Shown here: in pieces, positions 1 through 11,993 of the stretch
Position numbering within the stretch: the first letter of the stretch is position 1
How the letters are laid out: each line of letters starts with the position of its first letter
Program-made: the position numbers and the translations under genes
The notes under the pieces: model-generated
The model's input: the letters and a program-made list of their open reading frames with translations, nothing else
Databases searched by the model: none
What the model was told of the DNA's origin: nothing
Source of the DNA: Octopus bimaculoides
Taxonomy: Eukaryota
Assembly: GCF_001194135.2 (NCBI RefSeq)
Contig: NC_068985.1
Span: 124,916,969-124,980,968 of the forward strand
DNA: 64,000 bases
Reading direction: 5' to 3'

Positions 1-142
1 GAATATGTTTAGGTGTGTGTGTGAGATGTACGTGCACCCCGGTATATATCACTTTGTGAATTTGAATTTATATAAATGTCTTGTTATGGTAAACGTATTT
101 ACGTTACAATGCATACACACATACACACACGCAAATGTATAA

Positions 143-242
143 ATGTATGTATGTATGTATGTATGTATGTATGTATGTATGTATGTATGTATGCATGTAT
201 GTATGTATGTATGTATGTATGTATGTGCGCGTGTGTGTGTGT
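143..242. repeat. (TATG)n then (GT)n microsatellite
   Basis: Directly visible tandem tatg then gt repeats; source of the spurious MYVC/HTYI ORFs. Confidence 0.95.
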
Positions 243-525
243 GTGTTTGTATACATTTACACGCATATACATATGTATGTGTGTATATACAGTATCTCAC
301 AGAAGTAAGTACACCCCTAAAAAACTTTCAGTAAAATTACCATTACTCTGACATTCTATTGAAGGAATTCAAAGGAAATTTATGCAGAGTCAAATCTATT
401 ATNNNNNNNNNNATGTATGTATGTATGCATGTATGTATGTATGCATGTATGTATGTATGTGCGCGTGTGTGTGTGTGTGTGTTTGTATACATTTACACGC
501 ATATACATATGTATGTGTGTATATA

Positions 526-1850
526 CAGTATCTCACAGAAGTAAGTACACCCCTAAAAAACTTTCAGTAAAATTACCATTACTCTGACATTCTATTGAAG
601 GAATTCAAAGGAAATTTATGCAGAGTCAAATCTATTATATATGCAAACATTATACAAATTTGGAACACAAAACAATTAACATTTTCGAAGATATGAAGGA
701 AATATTAATTTTCAAATGTTACAGAAATATGTACACCCTAAATGAAATTTGCTATATTCAATATTTTATCCACTTCTGTTTTTTTTTTACTAAATCAAGA
801 TATTGCTGATAATTTCAATTCTAATAAATTATTTCTCCTGGCAATTTTGCACCGATCATTATTATTGTATCTGCAGGAATTCTGATTTGTGTACTGTGGT
901 GAAAATCTTCTTCATTTTGATTGAAATGGCACCAAAAAGAAAAGAATTGTCTGAAGATTTGAAGAAAATTATTTTTAATTTGCATAAGAATAGCTTAGGA
1001 TACAAGTTGATTAGCAAATGAATACATATTAGTGTAAACACAGTTGCAAAAGTAATTCAGAAGTACAAAGCTACTGAGTGGCTTAAGCGATAATCATCGT
1101 CCAGGTCGTCCTTCTATTTTAGCTGCATGTGATATTCGCCACATCCAACGTTGCGTGATGGATGACAGGCGTCGTACCGCTTCATCTTTGGCCCAAGAAG
1201 TGTCTTCTGTTAGTAGAAGGAGTGTGTCTGCCCAAACAGTTCGCCGAAGTTTGAAACAGTGTAGTCTTCATGGACGCATTCCTCGTAGAAAGCCTCTCTT
1301 CACTACCAGGTATAAATCAAGTCGTCTTTCTTTTGCCGAAACCTATGTGAATAAGGGCAAGGAGTTTGGAATAAAATTCTTTTTTCTGACGAGATTAAAA
1401 GCAAATTGTTTGGGTCAGATGGTATTAAACGAGTATGGCAACGGCCAGGTGAAGATAGCAGCTACAAATGCACCGTGCCTACCGTGAAATACGGCGGTGG
1501 AAGTGTTATGCTTTGGGAATGCATGAGTGCGGCTGGTGTGGGAGGACTCACATTTATTGAGAGAACAATGGATTCAAGGCTTTATTGTGACATATTGCAG
1601 AAAACAATGTTGAAAAGCATTAAGGAACTTGGAGAAATTCCATGTTCCAACATGACAATGACCCTAAACACACTTCTAAGATGACGTCTAAGTTTTTATC
1701 AGATAAAAATAAAGTTATTGCCTTGGCCTACCGTGTCACCTGATTTAAATCCAACAGAACATCTGTGGGGTGTTTTGAAAAGGAAGATTTGAGGAGAAAA
1801 AATTCCCGCAATGTAACACAGTTGAAAGACACCATTCAAGATGTTTTTGC
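526..1850 (+). mobile_element. Tc1-family DNA transposon relic, 3'-truncated (left end also present as a duplicate at 290)
   Basis: TA followed by CAGTATCTCACAGAAGTAAGTACACCCC, a Tc1-type terminus, at 526 and 290; transposase relic downstream; no right TIR found. Confidence 0.85.
926..1845 (+). pseudogene. Tc1 transposase (DD34E), with stops and frameshifts
   Basis: MAPKRKELSEDLKK (paired-like HTH), LHGRIPRRKP, FSDE (D at 1388), TVKYGGGSVMLWECM, FQHDNDPKH (D at 1654), SPDLNPTEHLW (E at 1757); 103 nt between D2 and E codon starts fits D34E with a 2-nt loss. Confidence 0.92.
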
Positions 1851-2192
1851 TATATATTTCTACATTCCTCTTTAATTATATTACGACCCTCCATGTCTGT
1901 ATTCGTTCTGTTTCGTTGTATGTCTCCACTGTTATTTTTTTGTTCCCAACATTGACCCTCCATAAATTCTAAATTTTATTTTAGAATTTATGGGAACTAC
2001 TGTCTTTGAAGACTCATATTGCCGGTTGAATGCTCGAAATGAGGAGTAGTTAGACAGCTGACAACTGACGAAGGGTCCTTTTCCTGTGTTAACTTGTCCT
2101 GTTTTCCTTTTTTTTCTCGTCGTTTACGTATTTCACTCGTTTTTGTTCTGTAACTACTGTCCACGTCTCGCGTGTATATTATTTGCATGTAT

Positions 2193-2240
2193 CAGGGACG
2201 TGCCACCTGGGTAGGCAAGGTAGGCAGTGCCTACCCTGAA
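2193..2240 (+). mobile_element. Possible hAT-type transposon left end
   Basis: CAGGGACGTGCCACC start followed by GTAGGCA..TGCCTAC hairpin, resembling hAT subterminal motifs; partner end not visible (gap at 2668-3306). Confidence 0.35.
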
Positions 2241-2339
2241 TAAAACAGATCAATAGTAACATTTTCCATATATGGCAAAATATGCTCGTAATTTAATAAA
2301 ATTATGAAAGTTACTCTGATTACTCTGCATAAAATCCAA

Positions 2340-2632
2340 AAATTTGAAAGTGTCTATAAAAACTCACGGGAATTTTGACAATGCGACATCAAAACCACGT
2401 GAGGAATTGACGATTCCCTGCCCTATATCTGTATATTTTATATTGATGCCTCTAATTGGATGGTTAAACCGTAACCCTTTATACGGGACTATTTGTGGCG
2501 CACATAGAATAGATTCTTTGGAGTGAAGTGTTTGAACTCACTAGCCGATAAATTTCGTAAGTGCCTTCCTCACGTGGTTTTGATGTCGCATGGTCAAAAT
2601 TCCCGTGAGTTTTTATAGACACTTTCAAATTT
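2340..2632. repeat. 67-bp inverted repeat pair (2340-2406 / 2566-2632), 159-bp spacer
   Basis: AAATTTGAAAGTGTCTATAAAAACTCACGGG...CCACGTGAGGAA and its reverse complement, one mismatch (GACAATG vs GACCATG). Confidence 0.9.
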
Positions 2633-3305
2633 ATTCGAATATTGGGCTGAAGATCGGAATAGAGTAANNNNNNNNNNNNNNNNNNNNNNNNNNNNNNNNN
2701 NNNNNNNNNNNNNNNNNNNNNNNNNNNNNNNNNNNNNNNNNNNNNNNNNNNNNNNNNNNNNNNNNNNNNNNNNNNNNNNNNNNNNNNNNNNNNNNNNNNN
2801 NNNNNNNNNNNNNNNNNNNNNNNNNNNNNNNNNNNNNNNNNNNNNNNNNNNNNNNNNNNNNNNNNNNNNNNNNNNNNNNNNNNNNNNNNNNNNNNNNNNN
2901 NNNNNNNNNNNNNNNNNNNNNNNNNNNNNNNNNNNNNNNNNNNNNNNNNNNNNNNNNNNNNNNNNNNNNNNNNNNNNNNNNNNNNNNNNNNNNNNNNNNN
3001 NNNNNNNNNNNNNNNNNNNNNNNNNNNNNNNNNNNNNNNNNNNNNNNNNNNNNNNNNNNNNNNNNNNNNNNNNNNNNNNNNNNNNNNNNNNNNNNNNNNN
3101 NNNNNNNNNNNNNNNNNNNNNNNNNNNNNNNNNNNNNNNNNNNNNNNNNNNNNNNNNNNNNNNNNNNNNNNNNNNNNNNNNNNNNNNNNNNNNNNNNNNN
3201 NNNNNNNNNNNNNNNNNNNNNNNNNNNNNNNNNNNNNNNNNNNNNNNNNNNNNNNNNNNNNNNNNNNNNNNNNNNNNNNNNNNNNNNNNNNNNNNNNNNN
3301 NNNNN

Positions 3306-3367
<62 letters not shown>

Positions 3368-3684
3368 TCATCCACACTCTAATTAACATTTATATTCATG
3401 CATATGAAAGCAGCGAATTCGTATATTCATTAAAATGTCAGGCGGAACGCCTCTCAGTAAGTATATCGTTTCCTTTCGACTAGCCTTATTAAATGTACAC
3501 ACGTCTTCGGAATACTCAGCCACTTGAACATTGACAATTGACATCAATTTCGCAAGTAGCAATTCAGTTGGTCAAACAACTGAATTTTCCTCGTTGAAAC
3601 CGACGGAGGACCCACTCATTTCTCTATTTGACGACATTAGCTTCATTTCTATTCCTGCAATAACTTCCTTCCTTCCTTCCTTCC

Positions 3685-4190
3685 GTGGCTATGTTGTCAA
3701 GAAGCTTGCTTCCCAACAATATGGTTTGGGGTTCAGTGCCACTGCGCGGCACCTTGGAGAAATGTCTTCAAACGTACATTCAGGTTGACCAAAGCCTTCT
3801 GAGTGTATTTGGTCTACAAATGTGTGTATGTGTATGTTTGTTTATGTGTGCACGCGCATGTATGTGTATGTATGTGAGGCGACTTCCCGCTCAGACATCT
3901 ACCCCAGAGGGGAACCTCTTAGGTGCACCCATGGTCATTCGTGACCAATGAAGTCGAGGTATATCTATGAATATACGCGTGTCTTTTTGTTTGTCCCCAG
4001 CTCACTGCTTGACAACGGGTGTTGGTTTCTTTATGTCCGCATAACTTAGCTATTCGGCGAAAGGTACCGATGAAATTAATACCAGGCTTTAAAATAATAA
4101 GAACTGGGATCGACTCGGTCGACTAAAACCTTCAACGCAATGCTTCAGCATGGCTGCAAATTTAATGACAGAAACAAGTATAAGGTAAAA
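3685..4190 (+). mobile_element. tRNA-derived SINE, family A (degenerate, with internal insertion)
   Basis: Head gtggctatgttgtcaagaagcttgcttcccaac, caccttgg/gaccaaagcc core, tail gcttcagcatggctgc...gaaacaagta; matches copies at 26796 and 55520. Confidence 0.75.
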
Positions 4191-4220
4191 AAAAAAAAAT
4201 GAGTAAAAGCTATGTAAATA

Positions 4221-4838
4221 GGCGTAGGCGTGACTGTGTGGTNNNNNNNNNNNNNNNNNNNNNNNNNNNNNNNNNNNNNNNNNNNNNNNNNNNNNNNNNN
4301 NNNNNNNNNNNNNNNNNNNNNNNNNNNNNNNNNNNNNNNNNNNNNNNNNNNNNNNNNNNNNNNNNNNNNNNNNNNNNNNNNNNNNNNNNNNNNNNNNNNN
4401 NNNNNNNNNNNNNNNNNNNNNNNNNNNNNNNNNNNNNNNNNNNNNNNNNNNNNNNNNNNNNNNNNNNNNNNNNNNNNNNNNNNNNNNNNNNNNNNNNNNN
4501 NNNNNNNNNNNNNNNNNNNNNNNNNNNNNNNNNNNNNNNNNNNNNNNNNNNNNNNNNNNNNNNNNNNNNNNNNNNNNNNNNNNNNNNNNNNNNNNGTGTG
4601 TGTGTGTGTGTGCGTGTGTATTTATGTGTGTGTGTCTTTGAGTCTGTGTTTGTCCCGCCACCATCGTTTGACAGTCGATGTTGCTGTGTTTACGTCCCTG
4701 TAACTTAGCGATCCAGCAAAATATTCCGATAGAATAAGTACTAGGCTTAGAAAGAACGAGTCCTAGGGTCGATTTGTTCGACTAAAGGATGTGCTTCAGC
4801 ATGGCCGCAGTCAAACGGCTGAAGCAAGTAAAAGAATA
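4221..4838 (+). mobile_element. SINE family A spanning an assembly gap
   Basis: Head ggcgtaggcgtgactgtgtggt before the gap; tail tttgtcccg...cagcatggccgcagtcaaa...aagtaaaagaataaaa after it. Confidence 0.75.
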
Positions 4839-5593
4839 AAACACCACAGAAGGACAAAATGGAATAGGCAGGACCAAGAGAAGACACATAGAAGACAGAG
4901 TCACTGAAGCGGTCACAGGATGCATGACGAAAGAACTTTGATAGAGAAGTAAGCCACGTAAATAAATCTGCAGAAAATACACGAAAGTTTTAAAAATACA
5001 ACTAAAATGTTGTATGATAAGAAACTTTGTCGTTTCTATTAGCTAACAATTCCACATTTTATTTACCTATAAGCATACTTGTAAATCAAGCAAATAAAAT
5101 TGCTAATTTGATCACATGATATGGATACAGTGATATATTGTATTTATAATTACCTTTTTTCTTCTTCCGTTTAGTGTCAGGTTTTGGCTCTGAACATCTC
5201 TCTTCTCTCTGTCAGCTCTCTCTCTTGCTTCTCATTGTTCAATCGATTGAGACTAATTGTGAAACAGTAACTGAAATTATATATGCGTGGCGACACTTCA
5301 CTCACCCTCATGAAATTAATTAAATCAATTAACCATATTAAATTATAGTATTTAATTGACATGGTTATTTGAACTTACCACCAAGTGCATAATACCCGGG
5401 CTCTGAGAAGGGAGTGATTTATGAGAGGTGCTTAACATAAATTACCCCCTTATTTCTCATTGGTTGGATTTGTACATTTTGTAAATGTCACTGTAGAATG
5501 TATTAGTTTATTCCAAACAATATTGTCCCTGAAAACATATTTAATTCAATCAATGACAACACAAGCAGCAGAAGCATCATCATCAACAGCAGC

Positions 5594-5624
<31 letters not shown>

Positions 5625-5744
5625 GCAACAGCAACAGCAGCAGAAATAAGACACCTGCCGCTAATACCTGGTCTTTAGTCTGTTGTTTCTGCAAGTCAAA
5701 CATACGTTAGTGCGCAATGAATCTATTATAAGCAGGAGCTAATA

Positions 5745-6225
5745 GTAGCGTAGCAGTGTGGTAAGTAGTTGGCTTTCTAGCCACATAATTCTGGGTTCAA
5801 TCCCACTGTGTGACACTGTAGCCTCGGGCAGACTAAAGCCCTGTGAATGGATTTGGTAGACGGAGATTGAAAGAAATCCGTCATGTATATATATATGTGC
5901 GTGTGTGTATTTGTGTGTGTGTCTCTTTCTCCATACCCTGCTTGACAACTGGTGTTGGTTTGCTTACGTCCCCATAATTTAGCAGTTTATCTCAGAGAAC
6001 GTTAGAATAATTCCAGTCTTCAAAAAAAAAAAAAAACCGGGCCAATTTGTTTGATTTAGACCGCACAAGGGAGTCTTTCAGTTTCCGTCAACCAAATCAT
6101 CCTACAAGGATTTCATCAGCCCGTGGCTATACTAGGAGGAACTTGCCAAAGTGCTACGCAGTGGGACTGAACACAGAACTACGTTCTTGGGAAGCAAGAT
6201 TCTTACCACACAACCACGCCTGCAT
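5745..6225. mobile_element. Two SINE family A copies, tail to tail (5745-6030 +, 6070-6225 -)
   Basis: gtgtggtaagtagttggc...gggttcaatcccactg head on +; reverse-complement head ending caaccacgcctgc on -. Confidence 0.7.
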
Positions 6226-6644
6226 CTGATAGGTTTTACTAATATAAATATAAAAGTGAATTTCGGAGATAAAACATTTCTGACTACGATTGTTCAGTCT
6301 TTTTTAATCAAGTTAGAATCAAACTCATTATATATGTGTGCAAGTGGCCGAGTACACCATAGACACTAATGCATTTAATGTAATTTTCAAGCGGAATATC
6401 CATGCTATTCTGTTACAAGCTTGGATTTTTAAATTGCCGGAATAACTCGTCTGATGGGATTCCAAGTAGTTTCCGTCTACCTAATTCAGTCGCAGTGTAT
6501 GAAACAATTCAAAGTTACAGAAAGTGACACTTACCGAAGCTGCTGTGCAGCGGAATCGAAACAAGACTGCAGAATTGCGAAGCACACTTCTTAACCATTC
6601 GGCCATTCTTAAAACGCACATACATATATATATATATATACTTT

Positions 6645-7170
6645 TCTACTCTAGGTATAATGCCCGAGATTTTTTGGGGAGGGGGCCAGTCGATCAGATC
6701 GACACCAGTACGCAACTGGTACTTAATCTATCGACCCCGAAAGAATGAGAGACACAGTCAACTTCTTCGGAATTTCAACGCAGAACGTAAAAACGAAATA
6801 CCACTAAGAATTTCACCCAGCGTACTAACGTTTCTTATCTCTTTATTGCCCACAAGGGGCTAAACATAGAGGGGACAAACAAGGACAGACATAGGGGTTA
6901 AGTCGGTTAAGCAGAATTTGAACTCAGAACGTAACGGCAGACGAAATACCGCTAGGCGTTTCGCCCGGCGTGCTAACGTTTCTGCCAGCTCGCTGCCTTG
7001 CACATACGTATATATACATTTCTATCTGTAAGTATTTTTGTATGTATGTATATTTTTTATTCTCGAGACCTAAAAGCAAAGTTATTGACGTCGGTAGGAT
7101 TTGAACTCATACCGTAAAGAGTCGGAAGAAATGCTACTAAACATTTTGCCCGCTGGACCAAAATTCTGCC
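6645..7170 (-). mobile_element. Cluster of SINE family B copies/fragments
   Basis: Repeated tcgacccc/gaaaga...aatttgaactcagaacgtaa and ctgccagctcgctgccttg motifs. Confidence 0.8.
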
Positions 7171-7177
7171 AGCACGC

Positions 7178-7208
<31 letters not shown>

Positions 7209-7393
7209 TTATACATGTATATATATGTATGTGTATACATATGTGTGTACATATACATATATGTATATATATATATACATATATATATANNNNNNNNNNN
7301 NNNNNNNNNNNNNNNNNNNNNNNNNNNNNNNNNNNNNNNNNNNNNNNNNNNNATCTGTATATATATGTATACATATGTGTATACGTATGTCTA

Positions 7394-7451
<58 letters not shown>

Positions 7452-7667
7452 CACGCACATACGTATGCATGCATACATCTATTGATAAAATCCGGAGACA
7501 AGAAAAAAAAAGAAAAACCTATGAGGTGTTTTGAGTGACAAAGCAGATATCTCAAGAACCTACCACAAAGTCGTGTTACTTCAGCTGTGGTTTTTTTTTA
7601 ACCACTTCCGTTGATGTATTATACAACTGGAATTTAATGAAGCGCGAAAGATCGCCAGGGTGGTGTT

Positions 7668-7717
7668 GTGTGGTGTAGAATGGTGTGGAATGGTGTGGAA
7701 TGGTGTGGAATGGTGTT
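7668..7717. repeat. 10-bp tandem repeat (TGGAATGGTG)n
   Basis: About 4-5 degenerate units visible. Confidence 0.8.
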
Positions 7718-8260
7718 GTGGATGTAGGATGAGTTAGGATGCTGAGATAGAAGAATAGAAAGATTGTGGGAATGTCGTGTCTGTATGTTTGTGTTTGAAT
7801 ATGTAGCGTACTAAGTTTTTCAGTTTATGTATGTATGTATGTATGTATGTATGTATGTGCGTGTTTATGCGTGTTTGTATTTGTGTGTTCATTAAATGAT
7901 CATACACACACAAGTATATATATATATATATATATATANNNNNNNNNNTTATATATAAATAGATAAATATGATTTAGGGAAAACGATAGATTCTTCCCTA
8001 TGAATTTTTTTCACGATAACCACTTGATAAATTCTTATATAAGAGTTTATCCTATTATTGTATATATATATATATATATATATGAGGGGAAGTCAAAGAT
8101 TATCCGCACTTTTACCATAGCATATCTTTATTATTGTTACACTGCTATCTGTGCATGCGTACTTATAGTTGGTACTATTGTGATCACGTGATCGAAGTTT
8201 GAGCCTGATCACACCATTTTCTTTCTGGCTTTCAAGTTAAGCAAGGTCTCTCCACTAGCA

Positions 8261-9225
8261 ATGTGCACCAAGGTAGAACAAAGAGCAGTGATTTAATTTC
8301 TCTGGTCGGAAGGCCGAAAATCATCCACGACGAGCTCGGCTTCCATAAACTCTGTGCAAGATGGATGCCAAGAGAGCTTACTGCAGAGCACAAGCGCAAA
8401 CGTCTTGAGGCCTGCCATTCGATGACTACAACAACGAACGCAAGGAATTTTGGTGCAGGTGATGGATCGTGGGTAAACGTTAGTCGACCTCGGCGGAATT
8501 TGAACTCAGAACGTGAAGACAGACGAAATACCTATTTCTTTACTGCCCACAAGGAGCTACACACAGAGGGGACAAACAAGGACAGACAAACGGATTAAGT
8601 CGATTATATCGACCCCAGTGCGTAACTGGTACTTAATTTATCGACCCCGAAAGGATGAAAGGCAAAGTCGACCTCGGCGGAATTTGAACTCAGAACGTAA
8701 CGGCAGACGAAATACCGCTAAGCATTTCGCCCGGCGTGCTAACGTTTCTGCCAGCTCGCTGCCTTGCACATACGTATATATACATTTCTATCTGTAAGTA
8801 TTTTTGTATGTATGTATATTTTTTATTCTCGAGTTCTAAAAGTAAAATTGTTGACGTCAGCAGGATTTGAACTCATACTGTAAAGAGTTGGAAGAAATGC
8901 TGCTAAACATTATCAGGTAGAATCCAAAAGACAGATTATGGAGTGGAAACTTCCTGGATCGCCGGCGACGAACAATTCAAGACTCAGTCTTCTGCGGGAA
9001 AGGTGATACTGACCCTTTCTTGGGACACAAAAGGGCCTATACTGGAAGTTTATCTGGAAAAGGGGTATACGATCAACAGTGCAAGATGCAGTACTTTGCT
9101 GACCAACAAACTGAAGCCAGCAATTCACACCAAACGCTGAAGCCTATTGTCGAAGAAAATTTTGTTTGCATGACAATACACGCCCACACACGGCCGCCCA
9201 GACTGTTGAAACCATTAACCAATTG
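8261..9225 (+). pseudogene. mariner transposase relic (split by a 430-bp SINE block at 8479-8908)
   Basis: MCTKVEQRAVI, ELGFHKLCARWMPREL (WVPHEL motif), GDGSWV / HYQVESKRQ, SAGKVILTLSWDTKG, HDNTRPH (second D); third D region absent. Confidence 0.9.
8533..8766 (-). mobile_element. Full-length SINE family B (tail type 1)
   Basis: On -: caaggcagcgagctggcagaaacgttagcacg (A box), gagttcaaattcc (B box), gtcgactttgcctttcatcctttcggggtcgataaattaagtaccag, tail ...gtgggcagtaaagaaata. Confidence 0.9.
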
Positions 9226-9955
9226 TGCTAAAAGCTTCCGATGAATTTCAGCACCTGACACACCTCCCAACCGGAAAATCGGATCACTGTTAATTGTACT
9301 TCTTCGGTGCACGTTGTTAGTGGAGCTGCCGTGCTTAAACTGTAAAGCCAGAAAGAAAAGTGGCGCGATCAGGCAAAAATTTTGATCGCATGGCCACAAT
9401 AGTACCAACTATAAGCACACATGCGCAGAAAGCAGGGCAATAACAAAAATATGTTATGGTGAAAGTGCGGATAATTTTTGACTTCCCCTCGTATACACAA
9501 ATACCGACTATATATGCCTAAACATATACATATATAATAGAAGCGCATATATGTTTAGCAAATAATACTATTGATTGCAAATTTAGGCATAAGGCCAGCC
9601 ATTTCGGTGAAACCCTAGTAATCAAGTGGTACTTAATTTATCAACCCCTAAAGGCTGAAAGGCAAAGTGAACCTCGGCAGATTTTGAACTCAGAACGTAA
9701 AAGCGTACGAAATGCCGTGAAGCATCTTGTCAGGCGCGATAACGACTCTGCCAGCTCGCCGCTTTAAGCCATCTCGCCAATAATATATGTATACATATAT
9801 GATATATAAAATTTCATATATATACATATATATATATACAGAGAGAGAGATAGAAATAGACAGATATGTAGTTTATACATACACACTCATACACATGCAT
9901 ATGTATATATTTATGTACATCTGTCTGTAAATAAATATACATGTTTCTCTCTGTC

Positions 9956-9997
<42 letters not shown>

Positions 9998-10190
9998 GCT
10001 TTGTAACATCTGATCATACTTCCCATGCACGAAAGTGGAACCATCACATCTGGACCTTGACTTCAATGGTATTTAAAGAGTTTTTTTTTGGCCCTCTTCC
10101 TGATAAAAATCTACATAAATTCATCTCTCCACCTAGAATTGCATAAATATCATTTCCAGGTGGTGGAACCAATCCTGTGATGACCAGGTT

Positions 10191-10221
<31 letters not shown>

Positions 10222-10727
10222 TCTGTTTATTCCTTCATTATTTATTTTTTGTGAAAGCATCAGGAAATTTATTTTACATGATAACGATCTTTACTGACCT
10301 AAATAAATAAATAAATAAAGAAAGAAAGAAAGAAAGAAATATGAAACAAACAAACAAATAAATAAAGATGTAAATTATTAAATTATCCACAGCACAGAGC
10401 ATCAATTTTTCTCTTTTCGTTTGTTGAATCGTTATAGCATTGGGGAAAAAAATCATAACGTTCTTAGTTCACATTTTACCGGCATCAACATCCCCTTTTC
10501 ATTCTTTCGGGGTCGATAAAATATAGTACTAGTCAAGCAGTTGGGCCAATGATAATGAGTAAAACCTTCCTCTCTCAAAAATGGTGAGTTTTGTGTCTAA
10601 ATCAGTAATTAGTATTTGCTACACTGATGACAAAAGGACTATACTCGTAGCTTTTTCAAAGAGTTTTCTTTGTACGTACCTTGTTAATAGATAAATGAAT
10701 TAAATTTCTATCACTGTATTTACATGC

Positions 10728-11101
10728 TGTTGGCACTCCGTCGCTTATGACGTCGAGGGTTCCAGTTGATCCGATCAACGGAACAGCCTGCTCGTGAAAT
10801 TAACGTGCAAGTGGCTGAGCACTCCACAGACACGTGTACCTTTAACGTAGTTCTCGGGGATATTCAGCGTGACACAGTGTGACAAGGCTGACCCTTTGAA
10901 TTACCGGCACAACAGAAAGTAAGAGTGAGAGAAAGTTGTGGTGAAAGAGTACAGCAGGGTTCGCCACCATCCCTTGCCGGAGCCTCGTGGAGCTTTAGGT
11001 GTTTTCGATCAATAAACACTCACAACGCCCGGTCTGGGAATCGAAACCGCGATCCTATGACCGCGAGTCCGCTGCCCTAACCACTGGGCCATTGCGCCTC
11101 C
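10728..11101 (-). mobile_element. Full-length SINE family C, (ACA)-ending tail
   Basis: On -: ggaggcgcaatggcccagtggttaggg (A box), ggtttcgattccc (B box), 3' end cgacggagtgccaaca; near-identical to 23583-23957 and 56776-57116. Confidence 0.92.
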
Positions 11102-11949
11102 ACTGTATTTATATATATAACGTATGTATATGGTTGGACAGTCCAGTTATGCGGGATTTGACGGATGCCTATGCGGATACAATGATACAAATTGCTTCTG
11201 GGCACAATAATTGCACAAGACTTGATAGTTTCGTTGACGGGTAACTCTACGTATCTCAGATTGTATCTGACAAATTGCAGTCCTGATATTTCGTTAGCCA
11301 ACAGGAAAAGGTCACTTCTGCCCTCCAGTTAATGCTGAAGGTCGGCCCTTGCAGCCACGTATAGCAGCTACTGAAATCTTTTACAATATCAATAATTGCT
11401 GGAGGTTGAAATATTTCCGGGACCTGTAGAAAAGAATCAGTCGTTGGGACGTTGTCCTAGCTATATCAAGAATATACTTTCGTCAATGAAAGCCCAAATT
11501 GCATATCCGTAAGCATCCGTGATTTCCTGCTTCATTTTTTGTATGTTGTTCTAGTTATCGCATATTGAAAAATTGTTTCTTGAAATCTTTCTTAATATAT
11601 TTTGCTTTTTAATTTCTCAAACATTTATTTAATTTCAATTTATTTAACACCTTTTTTTAAGGTTCTGTACCTTTTTTTTATACTTTATTGTTATTTTTTG
11701 TTTGTATATTATTAGAAAGAAGAGAATGTTTCCTAAATCTCCTTCCTGGCCTAAAGTAGGTGAAACAGCAACATCTAAAGGAAGGAAATGCATTGAAGGA
11801 AACACATCTCTAATTTCTCTAAGATTGCGATGAAAGAGGAAGAAAAGAAAAAAAGTAAAGAATTTTGTGAATGATTTATGCAGACGAATGCAAATGGCGC
11901 CATTAAGTACTAATTCATTGTTTTCTATGACACATACATACATATGACC

Positions 11950-11993
<44 letters not shown>

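Larger units (their letters stand above)
8083..9491 (+). mobile_element. mariner-family transposon relic with 30-bp TIRs and TA flanks, interrupted by SINEs
   Basis: Left TA-TGAGGGGAAGTCAAAGATTATCCGCACTTT (8083-8112); right AAAGTGCGGATAATTTTTGACTTCCCCTCG-TA (9462-9491), 2 mismatches. Confidence 0.9.

Noticed and set aside
225-638. Tandem duplication of the Tc1 left end (offset 236 bp)
   Set aside because: The two copies are essentially identical and separated by a 10-N gap (403-412), typical of overlapping contig ends; the same pattern occurs at 34894-34961.
2003-2085. Hammerhead-like fragments ctttgaaga...atgctcgaaatga and ctgacgaagggtcc
   Set aside because: Core and stems are too degenerate or incomplete to support a call, although a decayed PLE terminus is possible.
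6085-6125. Minus-strand CTGATGA with an ATCC/GGAT stem
   Set aside because: No GAAA after the stem; it is a mutated part of the family A SINE core.
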